A stretch of DNA of 64,000 bases, from positions 119,852-183,851 of the forward strand of contig JAANOX010000247.1 of the NCBI GenBank assembly GCA_020184695.1. The letters are read 5' to 3'. Of this stretch, positions 9,098 to 21,327 are shown piece after piece; the stretch's first letter is position 1; the number at the start of each line of letters is the position of its first letter. The stretch is from Histomonas meleagridis 2922-C6/04-290x. Its lineage: Eukaryota > Protista > Parabasalia. The notes beneath the pieces were generated by a model. It searched no databases. It was not told the DNA's origin and saw only the letters and a list, made by a program, of their open reading frames with translations. The translations under genes and the position numbers were made by a program.

Positions 9098-11044
9098 ATG
9101 CTTGCTGTGGTTTTGCTGCTTACACACACATTTTCTCTCCCAGGCACGATTACAATAACAGCAACAGTTAATAAGTCTTTTGCTGCCGGTAAAGGAGGAA
9201 CATATCTTGAATGGACAAATCTTTCAGGTACAAATACTTATTATAAACTTTTTCAAAAAAGTCAGGATGAAAATGGAGAATGGACAGAATGGAAGCAAAT
9301 TAGTACTTATCAAGAAGGTACTGAAGTAAGAGTATTGAATGTTTATCCAAGTCAAGTTGATGGTTTTAATGGCGATAAATCTTCAAATTGTGGATCATAC
9401 AATACATACAATGTTAATTTCAAATTTGATATCGATGGTACCACAAAAACATTACCAAAATCAGCTTCATTAAAAGTTTGGATGGAAGGTGGTAATATCA
9501 ATGGTGGTTCTCACATTGAAGCTGCTGGGAGAGATCAAAAGACAGGCAAGCAATTAATTTACGTAACACTTATGTCAATTAATGATTTTGAGTACAATGC
9601 TGCACATAATCCTAACTTTATATACGATTATGATGTGACATTCTTTGGTACATGGGATGCTAATGCAGGTTACAACATTAAGAAAGAAACCGCAAAAGGT
9701 CTTCTTCTTGATTACATCAAAAAAGGATATGGTGTTATTGCAGGCCATGATTCCATTTGTTATATTTTCCGTGTTAATGGGGAAAGTCGTAGTCTTAATA
9801 CGATCCGTGAGTACTTTGGCATTAAAGCAAGTACGGAAGATGTTTATGGCTCTGATGGAAAGAAGATTAGTTATGGATGGATATATTCCACCACTGTATC
9901 TATTCAACGAAAAGGTTTACTTACCAACTATCCATATGAAATTGGAGACATTGGAACGACACTTACAATTCCACAAGCACACACCACTGATAATGCATGT
10001 ACTGGTGATGTTTGGCTTTCATTTAATACAAATGGTCTCTCAGAAGATCGGTATGGAAACAAGCATAACTTTTATTTAACTACAAAGAACAACACAGCCT
10101 TTTTGCAAACAGGTCATAGTAATTGTGAGTCATCATCAGATGAACGAAAGATCATTGCCAACACAATTTATTATTTGAAGCAACGCACGTTCGATAACTT
10201 TGCATCAGATCATTCATCACAAGATTTCGCAGCACCAACAATTCGACTTGTTTATCTTCAAGATGAATATTGTGTACAATTAGAACCATTAGATAAAGGA
10301 TCAAAGTATAAATTCATGGTACAAGCAATTCGCCGAACAGATGAATCACTTTATGCACAATCAGATGAAGCACAAGTTACAGTCACCACAGATATCAAAG
10401 AGATTCGTTATGCTGTAATGAAGAAAACTGATGAACCGACAATTGCTGATTTAGTTAATACCACAACAGAATCCAAAGTATATTTAACACATGATGAAAT
10501 TATGGGCAATAACTATTTCTACGCCGCTGCTATAGATGGCGCTGGTAACATAGGAACAATAGAAGGCGTCGAAATTAAAATTCCAACAGAATCACCTTCA
10601 AAGTCACCATCACCTTCGATGTCACCAACTGAAACACCTTCTCGATCACCACTCCCAACACCAACACCATTACCTCCAACAACACCTCCTCCAACACCAG
10701 AGGCAACGCCAATGGCATCGCCAACGCGTTCGCCGTCAAGATCATTCCCTCCTTATTTGTCTTCTGATCAATACTCGGAATGGTTAAGGCAACAACAAGA
10801 AGATGAAGATCGTAAGAGAATGACATATTACATCGCTGGCGGTGTGGCTATAGGTGTTGTAGCAATTGTCATCGCTGCAGTGGCTGTATTCTTGAAGTTC
10901 GGGTCACATCCGAAAATCGCTGAAATCGGAGAAGGATATAACGCACACGTCGAAAAGGATTCGACTGTTAACTATGATAACCCGCTCTATAATGAGGCTG
11001 CTGATGACCCATTCGCAGATGACTTCACGGTACAACGTGAATAA
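9098..11044 (+). CDS. Type I surface protein with a bacterial (Firmicutes DUF5057-like) ectodomain, P/T/S stalk, TM and NPxY/acidic tail
   Basis: Signal peptide; motifs VLNVYP, YDVTFFGTWD, GHD, YLTT.NNTA..QTGHSNC..DERKI.ANT..YLKQ, DHSSQDFAAP, AAIDGAGN; PT-rich stalk; TM; tail YDNPLYNEAADDPFADDF. Confidence 0.8.
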   Translation: MLAVVLLLTHTFSLPGTITITATVNKSFAAGKGGTYLEWTNLSGTNTYYKLFQKSQDENGEWTEWKQISTYQEGTEVRVLNVYPSQVDGFNGDKSSNCGSYNTYNVNFKFDIDGTTKTLPKSASLKVWMEGGNINGGSHIEAAGRDQKTGKQLIYVTLMSINDFEYNAAHNPNFIYDYDVTFFGTWDANAGYNIKKETAKGLLLDYIKKGYGVIAGHDSICYIFRVNGESRSLNTIREYFGIKASTEDVYGSDGKKISYGWIYSTTVSIQRKGLLTNYPYEIGDIGTTLTIPQAHTTDNACTGDVWLSFNTNGLSEDRYGNKHNFYLTTKNNTAFLQTGHSNCESSSDERKIIANTIYYLKQRTFDNFASDHSSQDFAAPTIRLVYLQDEYCVQLEPLDKGSKYKFMVQAIRRTDESLYAQSDEAQVTVTTDIKEIRYAVMKKTDEPTIADLVNTTTESKVYLTHDEIMGNNYFYAAAIDGAGNIGTIEGVEIKIPTESPSKSPSPSMSPTETPSRSPLPTPTPLPPTTPPPTPEATPMASPTRSPSRSFPPYLSSDQYSEWLRQQQEDEDRKRMTYYIAGGVAIGVVAIVIAAVAVFLKFGSHPKIAEIGEGYNAHVEKDSTVNYDNPLYNEAADDPFADDFTVQRE

Positions 11045-11442
11045 ACCCTTCGTGCTCGCTACATCGATATTAAAATGGTTTATTTGAAACAGTTTTTGAT
11101 TTAATTTCATTATGAAAATTTGTGGAAATTCACATTTACACTTTTGAGTATTTGGAAGGCAACAAATAAAAAAATATTAAATTTTCATCCAAAATCTGTA
11201 AATAATTGTTTTTATTTTTATACTTTCTTCAATTACATAAATTATAATCTTCTAAATTGTTAAATATCATTCGAAAATTAGCTTTTTTTGGTGAAAAGAC
11301 ATTAAAATTGCACTTTTTTTGACATAATTTTTCAAAAATTTACATTATTCTCAGTTTTGACAAAGTCTGTTTGATATTTTATAAAAGAAATTTGTATTGT
11401 AAATTTTTATTCTATATATAAAATATTTTAATACCCTCATAT

Positions 11443-14400
11443 TTAAATTAAAGACATCTTAATTTCACTTCCATTATCGCTATCAGTGCTTTCTATTGTT
11501 CTTCTTCTAAAAATTCTTTTAAGGCAATTGTTCCTATTTTCTTTCTTAATTTGTTTATGATTTCTTATCATTTCATCGAAATTTATACCATTAAAAGCAT
11601 TTTCCAAAACATTTGATCTTACATCGAAAGGCACTGCAGACCAAACATTGTTAAACGATTTACACAATAAACCCTTTAGTTCCTTTTCCTTCAAATTAAA
11701 CATCACATTATTTTCTTCTTTTTTTATATATTTTTGGATTTTTTGTATAATGAAATCAATTGTTTCATTTTCTTTTTCATTTTTTTCATAAATTTTTGAT
11801 CCATCTTTAATGATATTATCAAAAATTGCCGAAATTCTTTTCGACGTTGTATAAATATTATCGAACCATTCCTTAATGAATGAAGAAATCATTCCTAAAA
11901 TTCCACTTCCTGCGATTATAGTTATTAAAGAAATGATGACTTCTAATGCAGTATTAAGTTCACAACTTTCTGCTACATTTGAATTACTTTGTTGAATCGA
12001 ATTAAATTCAGTTGAATCATAACATCTATTTTCAGATGTATTACCTTGGCAAGTTTTAGGTACATTTGATAAACATTTTATAGCTAAATTACCAAACGCT
12101 TTATCGCCAATTATTATTGATTCATTTTTAGATGTTTCTTTATCAAAATAAATTTTTGTGAATCCTTTACATTGTAAAAATGCATTTCTTCCAATGTATG
12201 AAATGTTTTTAGGTAATTCTAATATTTGCGTAAAGCCAATACAATAAGCAAATGCTGAATCGCCAATATATGTTAAAGAATCGGGTAAAGTTAATTTATT
12301 ATTTAAACATTTACAATCGAAAAATGCAAAATCGCCAATATAAGTTAAAGTGTTTGGTAAGTTTAATGTGCCTTTTAATGATGTACAACTAAAGAACGCA
12401 TTATTACCAATTTCTTTAAGTATTTTAGTATGGATTTCAAGTTGGCCATTAAATCCATTACATTCAGAGAATGCAAATGCTCCAATATATTCAACATTAC
12501 TTCCGATAATTAATGAACCACTTCATTTGCATTATGCATATTGATTAATAATTTTAACATTATTAGGTATAACTAAAGGACCTGCAAATTTACAATTAGA
12601 AAATGCATATGCGCCAATTTCAATAAGTGAATTAGGTAATACTAATGATCCACTTAATGAAGAACAACCTAAAAATGCATATGATGAAATTATTTGTAAT
12701 TTTGTATTATTACTAAAATCTAAAATCCCATTTAACCCATTACAATTAGCAAATGCATTTGATCCAATTGAAACAAGTTGTTTTGGTATAAATAATGATC
12801 CTGTAATCTTATTACATCCTGAAAATGATTCTCTTCCAATACTAATAATTCTTTCAGGTAATCGTGAAGATAATTCAAATGTATCCATTTTCCAAAATGC
12901 TTCATCATCAATTATTAAATTTTTTCCATTAATTCCAGGATCTAAAAATTCTAATGACATAAAATTAGGACATTGTTCAATAAAATGTGAACTAATTCTC
13001 GTTACTGTTGAAGCTATTTTAATATATTTTAATGATGAAGACCTTTTAATTGAATATGATGGAATTGTCGAGACATAAAATGTGAAACTTTGATCACATG
13101 AATCTTGAAATGCACGTGATGCCATTGATAATACATTCGAACAATCGAATTCTAATGAAGGACATTTATAAAATGCTAAAGATTTGATATTTAATATAAA
13201 TGAATATTGATCAATTACAATATTATATAATAATGGACAATTATTAAATGAATATTGTTGAAAAGTAATATTTGAATTATAAAAATAAATTGTTTCAAGT
13301 GAACTAAAATCTATAAAAGAATTTTCGAAATTAAATGTTGAATTAGAAAATGTAATTGTAGAAAGTTTCGGACAATTACTTATTAAGAAATCAATATCAT
13401 TGTTTTTGGTTCCAAAAATAGTTAATGTTTCTAAACTTTTACAATTGTTAATGAAATTTTTTTGATAATATAAAGAACATCCAATATAAATTGTTTTAAG
13501 ATTATCGCAACTAGAAAACACATCGCTATAAATTTCCCTATTTGCATTTGAAGAAATTGTAACACTTTCTAATGATTGACATTGATAAAATGCAAATGAA
13601 TTAATAGTTTTTGTTTCATATAAATATAAATTTTTTATATTTATGCAACCGGAAAATGCTTCAAGACCTATATATGTAGCTGTGATTTCAGCATTAGAAA
13701 AAATCAAACTTTTACATTGATAAAAGCATTTATCAGAGAATTTCACTTTAGTTTTTATATTAAAATTAACATCAATGATATTTGTATTTGCGAAACATTC
13801 AGGTCCAATATACAAAGAATCAGATTCAAAAGTAATATTACAATTTAAAGCAGAATTTTCAAATGCATTATTATCGATAATATTAATATTCTTTCCAAAA
13901 TAAACAAAAGAAATATTTAATCCTCTAAAACAATAAATACCAATATGTGTGAGGCTATCAGGAAAACATATATCATACATTAAATTTGTTTGAACAAAAG
14001 CTGCAGTATCAATAACTTTTAATTTTGAATTATCTAAAAATTCAAGTGTTGTTATTAAAGATCCTCTAAATGCATATGATCCAATAGTTTCGACTGATGA
14101 AGGAATTATTAAGTTACCAGAAATAGCAGTATATTGAAAAGAGAATGAATCAAATGTTTGAATTTTCGAATCTTCAGGAAATATAATTGCTGAAATTTGT
14201 AAACTTTCAAAAGAATGATAACCTATAGATAGTAATGATGAAGGGAAAACAATCTCATTGATTAATTTAGTATTTAAAAATGCACATGATTCAATTCAAG
14301 AATCTTTAGGAAATGTTATTGATGAAATATTTGTGTTAGCAAATGAATAACTTCCAATTGAAATTAATGAAGAAGGAAAATTAATTTCAAATTCACTTGT

Positions 14401-15928
14401 AAAAATAGAATTATGAAATGCATAAAGATTAATATATTCTAATTGTGAATTTGGTTGAAATTTGATTGATGGAATTCTTGTTTCTTGAAATGCGCCTGAT
14501 TCAATCTCAAATAATTTATTAGGAAAAACAATTGGATTAGTAAAATTAACATTCTCAAAAGCATAACTTCCAATTATTAAAGATACTGAATCTGAATCAG
14601 AAAATGTATTTGAATTAATTAATGTATTACGAAAGCAAGAACTTCCAATTATCCTTAAATTTGAAGGGAAATTAATTTCTCCAGTTAATAATGTGTCAAC
14701 AAATGCATCATCCCCTAATTTCAAATCTAAATATTTATTTGTTGAATTCTTAAATAAAATAGATGTAATTGATTTATTACAAAAACAATAATCACCAACA
14801 GTTTGTAATGAAGAAGGAAATTTAATTTCATTACATAATTTAGTATTATAAAATGCATATTTCCCTATTTTTAAAGTCGAATCATTTGTTTCATTTTCAA
14901 ATGAAATTGATGTAATGCTTGTACTATAAAAACTATAATCACCAATATTTATTGATGAAGGAAATATAATTTCATCACATAATAATGTATTAACAAACGC
15001 ATGATCATTTATTTGAATATTATTGTTGTTTGTTGAAGTTTCGAATGAAACTGATGTAATTGTTGTATTATAAAATGAATAACTTCCGATAATTATTGGA
15101 GAAGAAAATGCGATTTTATCAGTTAATAATGTATTAGAAAATGCATATTCTTGAATTTCTAAAGTTGTATTATTCAGTGAATTTTTAAATGTAATTGTCT
15201 TTAATGAAAAAATAACTAAAACTATAACTTCCAATAGTTTGTAATGTTAAAGGAAATATAATTTGTTCGCCAATTTGTGCATATCTAAATGCATTTTTTC
15301 CAATGATTTTTAAATGAGAATTATCTGGAAATGTTATTGATGGAATTTGAGAATACATAAAACACATTTCTCCAATTTCTTCTAACGATGTTGGAAATAT
15401 AATTGGTTTAGAAAATTGGATTGATGAAAATGATGTACCAATTGTTTTAAGTTTAGAATCTATTGGAAATGTAATTGATGTAATTTTTGTATTAATAAAA
15501 CATTGAGAATCAAAATCTTCTAATGAAGAAGGAATTGTTAGATCACCTGTAAGTAATTTACAATCATAAAAACAACCCTCAGCAAGAATATTTACATTAC
15601 TCCCCAATTTAAGAGAAGAAATTCCTTGGCCTTGAAAATACCAATGACCAATAAAAGTAACAGTGTCTGGAATAGTAAGAGAACCTGTCAGATAACCAGA
15701 ATGATTTCCATGTAGAACTAGAAGCTCAACAGGATATTCTTTGTTTTCATGTTGTATTGTTGACGGAATAACCAAATTTTCCAAATCTTTTAAAATATTT
15801 GTAAGAATTAGTTCATTTGTTTCTAAATTGAAACTATATTCATAAAGGCCATCCTTTGTAACGAAAATTCCCGTTGTGTTTTCTTCTACTTCAAGAGAAA
15901 ACAAGAAAAGGATTAAGAGACACCGCAT
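11443..15928 (-). pseudogene. BspA-like TpLRR surface protein, about 1490 aa, disrupted by 1 frameshift and 3 in-frame stops
   Basis: ATG 15928 with signal peptide. A frameshift at the A6 run 15207-15212, TGA 14296-14298, TAA 12532-12534 and TGA 12523-12525 link the track ORFs into one reading frame. It ends in a TM segment (LEVIISLITIIAGSGILGMI) and a cytosolic tail. Confidence 0.88.
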
Positions 15929-16082
15929 GAGAGGACACCTCCCACTTTTTGATATCATCGATTTTGTAAACCATTCTAAAAGTACAAAATCCAACACAAA
16001 ATTGGAACATTCAAAAAGACAATCAAATGATGTAATACATACAAACAAAACGCAAATTAGTGATAAGTAACTTATTGTTTAC

Positions 16083-19013
16083 TCATTCCTTGAATACTTG
16101 TTGTATTTGCTCGAATATCGTCTTGCCCATCTCGTTGTTACTTGCCTTAATTTCCAGCACGAATCCTTCCTGTTCTCTTCTCAACAAAGCTATCACTTGG
16201 TACTCAGCTTTCTCTGTTGTAGAGAACAAAGCGATCACTTTCTTACCATCGATTTCCTTCTTAATTAACGTTCCCTTTACGACGTATTGAATCTTTGTTA
16301 TCGTACCTCTAATTTCAATGTTATCGTCGAACTTATATTCATTTATTTTCTGACATTTATCCAACGCTTCATCTAAGTCACTTTCCTTCGCTTGCATCAA
16401 GAAGAACGAAGGCATTAACTTGATTCTTCCATGTAACATTTCTCCAGCACCACCAGTTGGTAATATACTTAATTTGACAACTTTCGGCGCTTGAATTACA
16501 TCACATTTATAAAATAGAACTTGTTTTCCGACAGAGTTTGGATTAATTTCAGATCGTGAACATTGTGGTGCTGAATCATCCAAAACGAATTCTAATGCAG
16601 AAATTGGTATTGGCGAAGAATTTGTTGTGATTATAGTTATTTCTAATCCGCCTTTATGAGGTTTAATGTCACTAATAGCTATCGATAAACCTTGTGACAT
16701 ACCGAGTTGTCTAAAGTATGAAGTATAATCAACGCCAGTAGCTAATAATGCGCCAGTTGATGTATTTGCAGCTAAGTTTCGAGGTGATTGTCGTTGTAAT
16801 AATTCTTCTTGTTGATAAGGCTTAAGTTCTGGTAATCTTTCATTAGGTCGTAATGGATCAGTAATACTAATCTTTGATAATGCTGATTGTTGAACATTAG
16901 TTGAAGTAGTTGAAGAAGTTTTATTAGTTTCTCCTTCAACTGGTAATAATTCAACAGAACTACTATCAACTTTCGGTATAAGTCTTCTCTTCTTTGATGA
17001 TGATAATTCTACTTCTCCTTTACCATCTAGAACAACGACATTTGGTTTGTTTTGTTGTGAACGTTTCGGATCAACTTTACGTAACATAAACATCGTTGGA
17101 TCAGGGGCATTTAGACCTTGATTCATGTCACTTAATTCATCAATGAAATCAAATGTTGTTGAGTTATTTGCTTCTAATGTTACTATTGGTGTTGTTAAAT
17201 CTAATGAATTAGGAATTGGTACTTTAGTTTGTGCTGTTGGTGCTACTGCTTTAAGTGGTATTGAATACAATGATTTAATTGCTTCTTGATCTGGATTAAC
17301 TTGGAAGATACTAACTAATGCTAAAAGCATTGATGCTCTTTCTTGTACTTCAGTGTAACGTGATGCTGCATATAACGGAAGTTTTTCTTTTAATAATTCA
17401 CCATTAGCTTCAAACATTTGTTTATCTTCTGTCTTTGTATAGAGTTTAAATGCATTTTGAATACATGCGGCTTGTGCTGATGCTGAAAGATTAATAATCT
17501 TTGGGCCTAATAATAACTCAAATGCTTCTTGTAATTGTTCTTCAGTAGAACTATATTCGCCTAATATAAATGCAGCTGTTTCTATGAAGTCAGCATCACT
17601 TGAATTAGGTTCACGTAATACATCAAGCATTTCTTCAACAAGTAAATTACGTACTGATTCAACTCTAAGTCCCATTGTTAATATTTGTTGCGCTAATTCT
17701 TTGGACATGATTCCCATCCCATGGATTTCTAATAAGATATTAACATACCATTCAAAGTCTGGAACACGTTCATAATCATTATATGAACACATAGAGATAA
17801 TTCGTGAGACTAATGTGTCTCGAACATATCCGGGTGGTCGATTTTCGATTTGTTCGAGTAATTTTAATACATAATCACCAATGTTCTTACGATTACAAAT
17901 AGAATGTAATAAATCAACTGTTAAAAAGACACATGTCGAATCTTCGCTTTCTAAACAACTCGTGATAATTTCGCCATTAGCAGCAATGACCTTTTGATCA
18001 ATCTTCATTAAACTTGTCATAGATTTAAGACCTAAATAACGTAAGTTCGGATCTGTGTTTTGGATAAATTCTTCGGCACGTGTTGCTGCAACACGGATTA
18101 AATGTGGACTCTTAAGTGGACCATCGCAAATAAGTCGAATAACTTCCAATATGACTGATGCTGATGCTGCGGTTTCTAAGATTTCAGCTACTGGTTGAAC
18201 TAAACGTTGGGCTAATTTAATGGCTGTTTCGGGTTCAAGTGATGCTAAAATCATTGTGAATATGCTTAATGTGCGAATTAATATCCATGGTGAGCCGGCA
18301 TTTGTTAATAATTTATATAAGGTTGGGACAAAATTAACAAAGTTCTTGGGGTTGTGGATACATAATTCAGTCATTAATGCTAAAACTGCCTGTTGAAGAC
18401 CAACATCACCTTCTTCAAGTTTGGATTTGACATTTAACGTGGCAAATCCGGCTCGAAGTGCATCAGGATACTTAAGACAGATTTGATAAAAGCTGGTTAT
18501 GGCCATTTGAGCAATCTCTGGACGTGTATGATTAAAACATGCTGCAATATCAGATACAACAGTGGCTGCAAGCTCTGGCGTGGTGATTTGTGGAATAAGT
18601 GTAAGAGCAAGAATCTTGTTAAGGGGTTCAGATGAACTAAGATCATTTTTGATGTTATTGATGGACATCATAATTGCTGGTGTTTCTGGTTCCCAAAGTG
18701 AAGAAGCTGCAGTGTAAGCCATGGTTTTAATTGAGATGTCGTCATTAGGCATGAGATTTGAAATATGGAAATCAAGCCATGACATATCTACACCTTGCAT
18801 TTGAAGGAATAACATTTCTTGAAGCATATCAGCCTTCTGCATTGGTGTACCTGATTGGAAGACTTCACGTGCGTTGCTAAGACAATTTGATACGAATTCA
18901 TTATAAGTATTATCGTGTTTGCTTTGGTTAAAGTCATCAAGGAATGCTTGAAGTGAGCCGCCGCCAGTTATTCTTTTAACAACATGCTTTGTTGAGTTAA
19001 CAACTGCCTGCAT
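16083..19013 (-). CDS. AP3D1: AP-3 adaptor complex subunit delta
   Basis: Adaptin N-terminal motifs LFLQMQGVDMSWLDFHI, DPNLRYLGL, NDYERVPDFEWY and EVQERA; first in-frame ATG at 19013. Confidence 0.88.
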   Translation of the reverse strand: MQAVVNSTKHVVKRITGGGSLQAFLDDFNQSKHDNTYNEFVSNCLSNAREVFQSGTPMQKADMLQEMLFLQMQGVDMSWLDFHISNLMPNDDISIKTMAYTAASSLWEPETPAIMMSINNIKNDLSSSEPLNKILALTLIPQITTPELAATVVSDIAACFNHTRPEIAQMAITSFYQICLKYPDALRAGFATLNVKSKLEEGDVGLQQAVLALMTELCIHNPKNFVNFVPTLYKLLTNAGSPWILIRTLSIFTMILASLEPETAIKLAQRLVQPVAEILETAASASVILEVIRLICDGPLKSPHLIRVAATRAEEFIQNTDPNLRYLGLKSMTSLMKIDQKVIAANGEIITSCLESEDSTCVFLTVDLLHSICNRKNIGDYVLKLLEQIENRPPGYVRDTLVSRIISMCSYNDYERVPDFEWYVNILLEIHGMGIMSKELAQQILTMGLRVESVRNLLVEEMLDVLREPNSSDADFIETAAFILGEYSSTEEQLQEAFELLLGPKIINLSASAQAACIQNAFKLYTKTEDKQMFEANGELLKEKLPLYAASRYTEVQERASMLLALVSIFQVNPDQEAIKSLYSIPLKAVAPTAQTKVPIPNSLDLTTPIVTLEANNSTTFDFIDELSDMNQGLNAPDPTMFMLRKVDPKRSQQNKPNVVVLDGKGEVELSSSKKRRLIPKVDSSSVELLPVEGETNKTSSTTSTNVQQSALSKISITDPLRPNERLPELKPYQQEELLQRQSPRNLAANTSTGALLATGVDYTSYFRQLGMSQGLSIAISDIKPHKGGLEITIITTNSSPIPISALEFVLDDSAPQCSRSEINPNSVGKQVLFYKCDVIQAPKVVKLSILPTGGAGEMLHGRIKLMPSFFLMQAKESDLDEALDKCQKINEYKFDDNIEIRGTITKIQYVVKGTLIKKEIDGKKVIALFSTTEKAEYQVIALLRREQEGFVLEIKASNNEMGKTIFEQIQQVFKE

Positions 19014-19425
19014 AAGGAATGTGTCAAATGACAGCCCCAAGTTATCACATCACCATTATAAACAATTCAAAAATTGGAGTTGTCCAACACAGTTCCCAAA
19101 AACGATAAGTCAATTCTGTAGAATTCCCATCGTTTTTACCTGAAAATTTATCATCGTTATATTGAAATAGTGCACTATTGAATTGAATGTTTTTTTATAA
19201 GAAATAAACGTCTTCAGCAACTTTTTATGCTATTTACATTGCCAACTTTTTGATAAGTTTATGCCATCAACTTTTTGTATTTCATATCAGGCGCTTTTTC
19301 TCTTGCAACAATTTGATGTGTTTCTTATGAGTGAATATCACATTTATAATTTGATAATTATCTTCAAGAACTAATGGCAGCTTCATAATTTTTACTCAGT
19401 TAACCCAAAGCACATCATTCACAAT

Positions 19426-20814
19426 TTAGCAAATCTGTTCAAAATCTATTATAGAGGTTTCCCCATTCTCCAAACATATTGTTAACATTCTTCCATTTGG
19501 TGACCATGAAACATTTACAATCTGTGATAATGCTTCATACATGATTGCCTTATTTTCATCGTCAAATTTCCATACCTCCAAACTCATTCCAGTTGCGCAT
19601 GCAAAATATTTTCCGATTGAATCTGCAGCTAATGTATATATTGGTGATCCTTGATCTTCTAATGAAGAAATATGTTTATTCTTTATGTTCGTCATCTTTA
19701 ACATTCCTTCTGTTCCACTTGTTATTATAACCTCAGGTATTTTAGTTAATGATATTGAACATATAGCACCATTATGTAATGTATCATTAAAAACAATACT
19801 TCCTGCATTATCAAAACATATAACTAATCCACTTGAATCTCCCACGAAACATGAAGCATTACGTTGGTCAACTACAAGTTCAGTAATTTTTCCTTGTGAT
19901 GAAAACTTAGTAATTGGATCATCAGTTTCTGACAAAAATAGAACATTATTTCCTGCGCCAACGAGAGCTGTTTCATTTGTAAGCCATAAGCAACGAATAA
20001 GAGAATTACCGAGACTCCATTTGTGAGAAATCGCTCCGTTCTGAAAAATGAAAACAGTACCTGTGGAGATTCCGACTAATAGCTTAGTGCCATCTGGTGA
20101 GAAATGAAGAGACACAATTGGGCCTGTTCCTTCTTCAAGTAAAAATGTTGATGTGGCCCTATCGGCGGGAGTGAAGTAGATGAGTGTTCCACAAAAAGTG
20201 CCGATCGCAAGGGTGGAATCGTCTGGCGCCCATTCGACCGATGTAATATCAATTGGGACTTCTGGTTGGCCTTGTTCGTTTTCAATTGTCGTGAAGTAAT
20301 TAATGGCGCATGTTTGATTGTCAAGTGTCTCAACTTCCCATACTACAACAGTTCCATCAGATGATCCAGTGGCAAGATATCTAGAATCTTTGGACCATGA
20401 TGAGCATAAGATAGAACTGGAATGCCCATCAAGAACAAGAGATGATTGTGAATTGAGATAAAATACATTGGGATCAGATTGATCATTTGACAAAACTTTC
20501 ATTCTACGTGATGAAGAACAAATTTCATCAACTAATTCAGCACTTTGGCGAAGACTGGCGCGAAGAAGATTTAACTGATGTGCAAATTGAGTGTTTGGTT
20601 CTGATAAAGCTGCATCAGCTGCCGCCTCCATTTGAGAATACATAATCCCTTTTTGAATAAGATAAACAAGAGATCCTGGTTGAACTTTTCTTTGTGATAT
20701 GGGATTGAGTGAAATTTTGGATTCGCAACCAAAAGCAAAAGCAGAGTGGTCAAATCCTAATTCTTGGAGATAATGTTGAATAAGTAAATTAATTTCGTCG
20801 CTGCAAATTGACAT
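19426..20814 (-). CDS. TBL1: TBL1/Ebi/Sif2-like LisH + WD40 protein
   Basis: SDEINLLIQHYLQELGFDHSAFAF (LisH), PGSLVYLIQKGIMY, followed by WD40 repeats. Confidence 0.88.
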   Translation of the reverse strand: MSICSDEINLLIQHYLQELGFDHSAFAFGCESKISLNPISQRKVQPGSLVYLIQKGIMYSQMEAAADAALSEPNTQFAHQLNLLRASLRQSAELVDEICSSSRRMKVLSNDQSDPNVFYLNSQSSLVLDGHSSSILCSSWSKDSRYLATGSSDGTVVVWEVETLDNQTCAINYFTTIENEQGQPEVPIDITSVEWAPDDSTLAIGTFCGTLIYFTPADRATSTFLLEEGTGPIVSLHFSPDGTKLLVGISTGTVFIFQNGAISHKWSLGNSLIRCLWLTNETALVGAGNNVLFLSETDDPITKFSSQGKITELVVDQRNASCFVGDSSGLVICFDNAGSIVFNDTLHNGAICSISLTKIPEVIITSGTEGMLKMTNIKNKHISSLEDQGSPIYTLAADSIGKYFACATGMSLEVWKFDDENKAIMYEALSQIVNVSWSPNGRMLTICLENGETSIIDFEQIC

Positions 20815-20972
20815 AATTTTCTTTTGACTTTTGTTCCAAACGGACCCTCTGAAATCTGTGAACTCAAAAAGAGTACGTTTAATATTTGGATGTCAATTTT
20901 TTCACAGTACAGTGAATTCAAGATTTTGTTAATTTTTGTAATAACAATATATTTTTATTAAAAATCATGGTA

Positions 20973-21293
20973 TTATTGTTCTTCAAGTTTGAACTCATCA
21001 CTTTCTTCAAGTATAATTTCTTTGATTTTAACTATAAGATCATTTGAATTGAGAGATTTTTCTTGAGTATTTATGTATTTTAAAATTTGATTGAAAGTAT
21101 TTATGTACGCATTGCGTATTTTATAAGAAGATATCAATTGGATTTTTAGTAATTTTTCGACTTCAATTGATTCATTATACTTTTCTACCAAAGACTTTAC
21201 TTGATATTCGTGGTTAAGCTCTTCTAGTGTGTTGGTTTTTATGGTACTTACCTTTATAAAATGCTGGGCTCTCTCCCAATCTTCTGTGCTCAT
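20973..21293 (-). CDS. Hypothetical protein
   Basis: 106-aa ATG ORF with a helical composition. Confidence 0.55.
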   Translation of the reverse strand: MSTEDWERAQHFIKVSTIKTNTLEELNHEYQVKSLVEKYNESIEVEKLLKIQLISSYKIRNAYINTFNQILKYINTQEKSLNSNDLIVKIKEIILEESDEFKLEEQ

Positions 21294-21327
21294 TTTCCTT
21301 GTTTTTTATATCACATTTCATAGTAAA

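Noticed and set aside
11443-15928. Alternative genetic code or stop read-through explaining the BspA stops
   Set aside because: TAA, TAG and TGA all serve as normal terminators of intact genes here, and long conserved genes have no internal stops.
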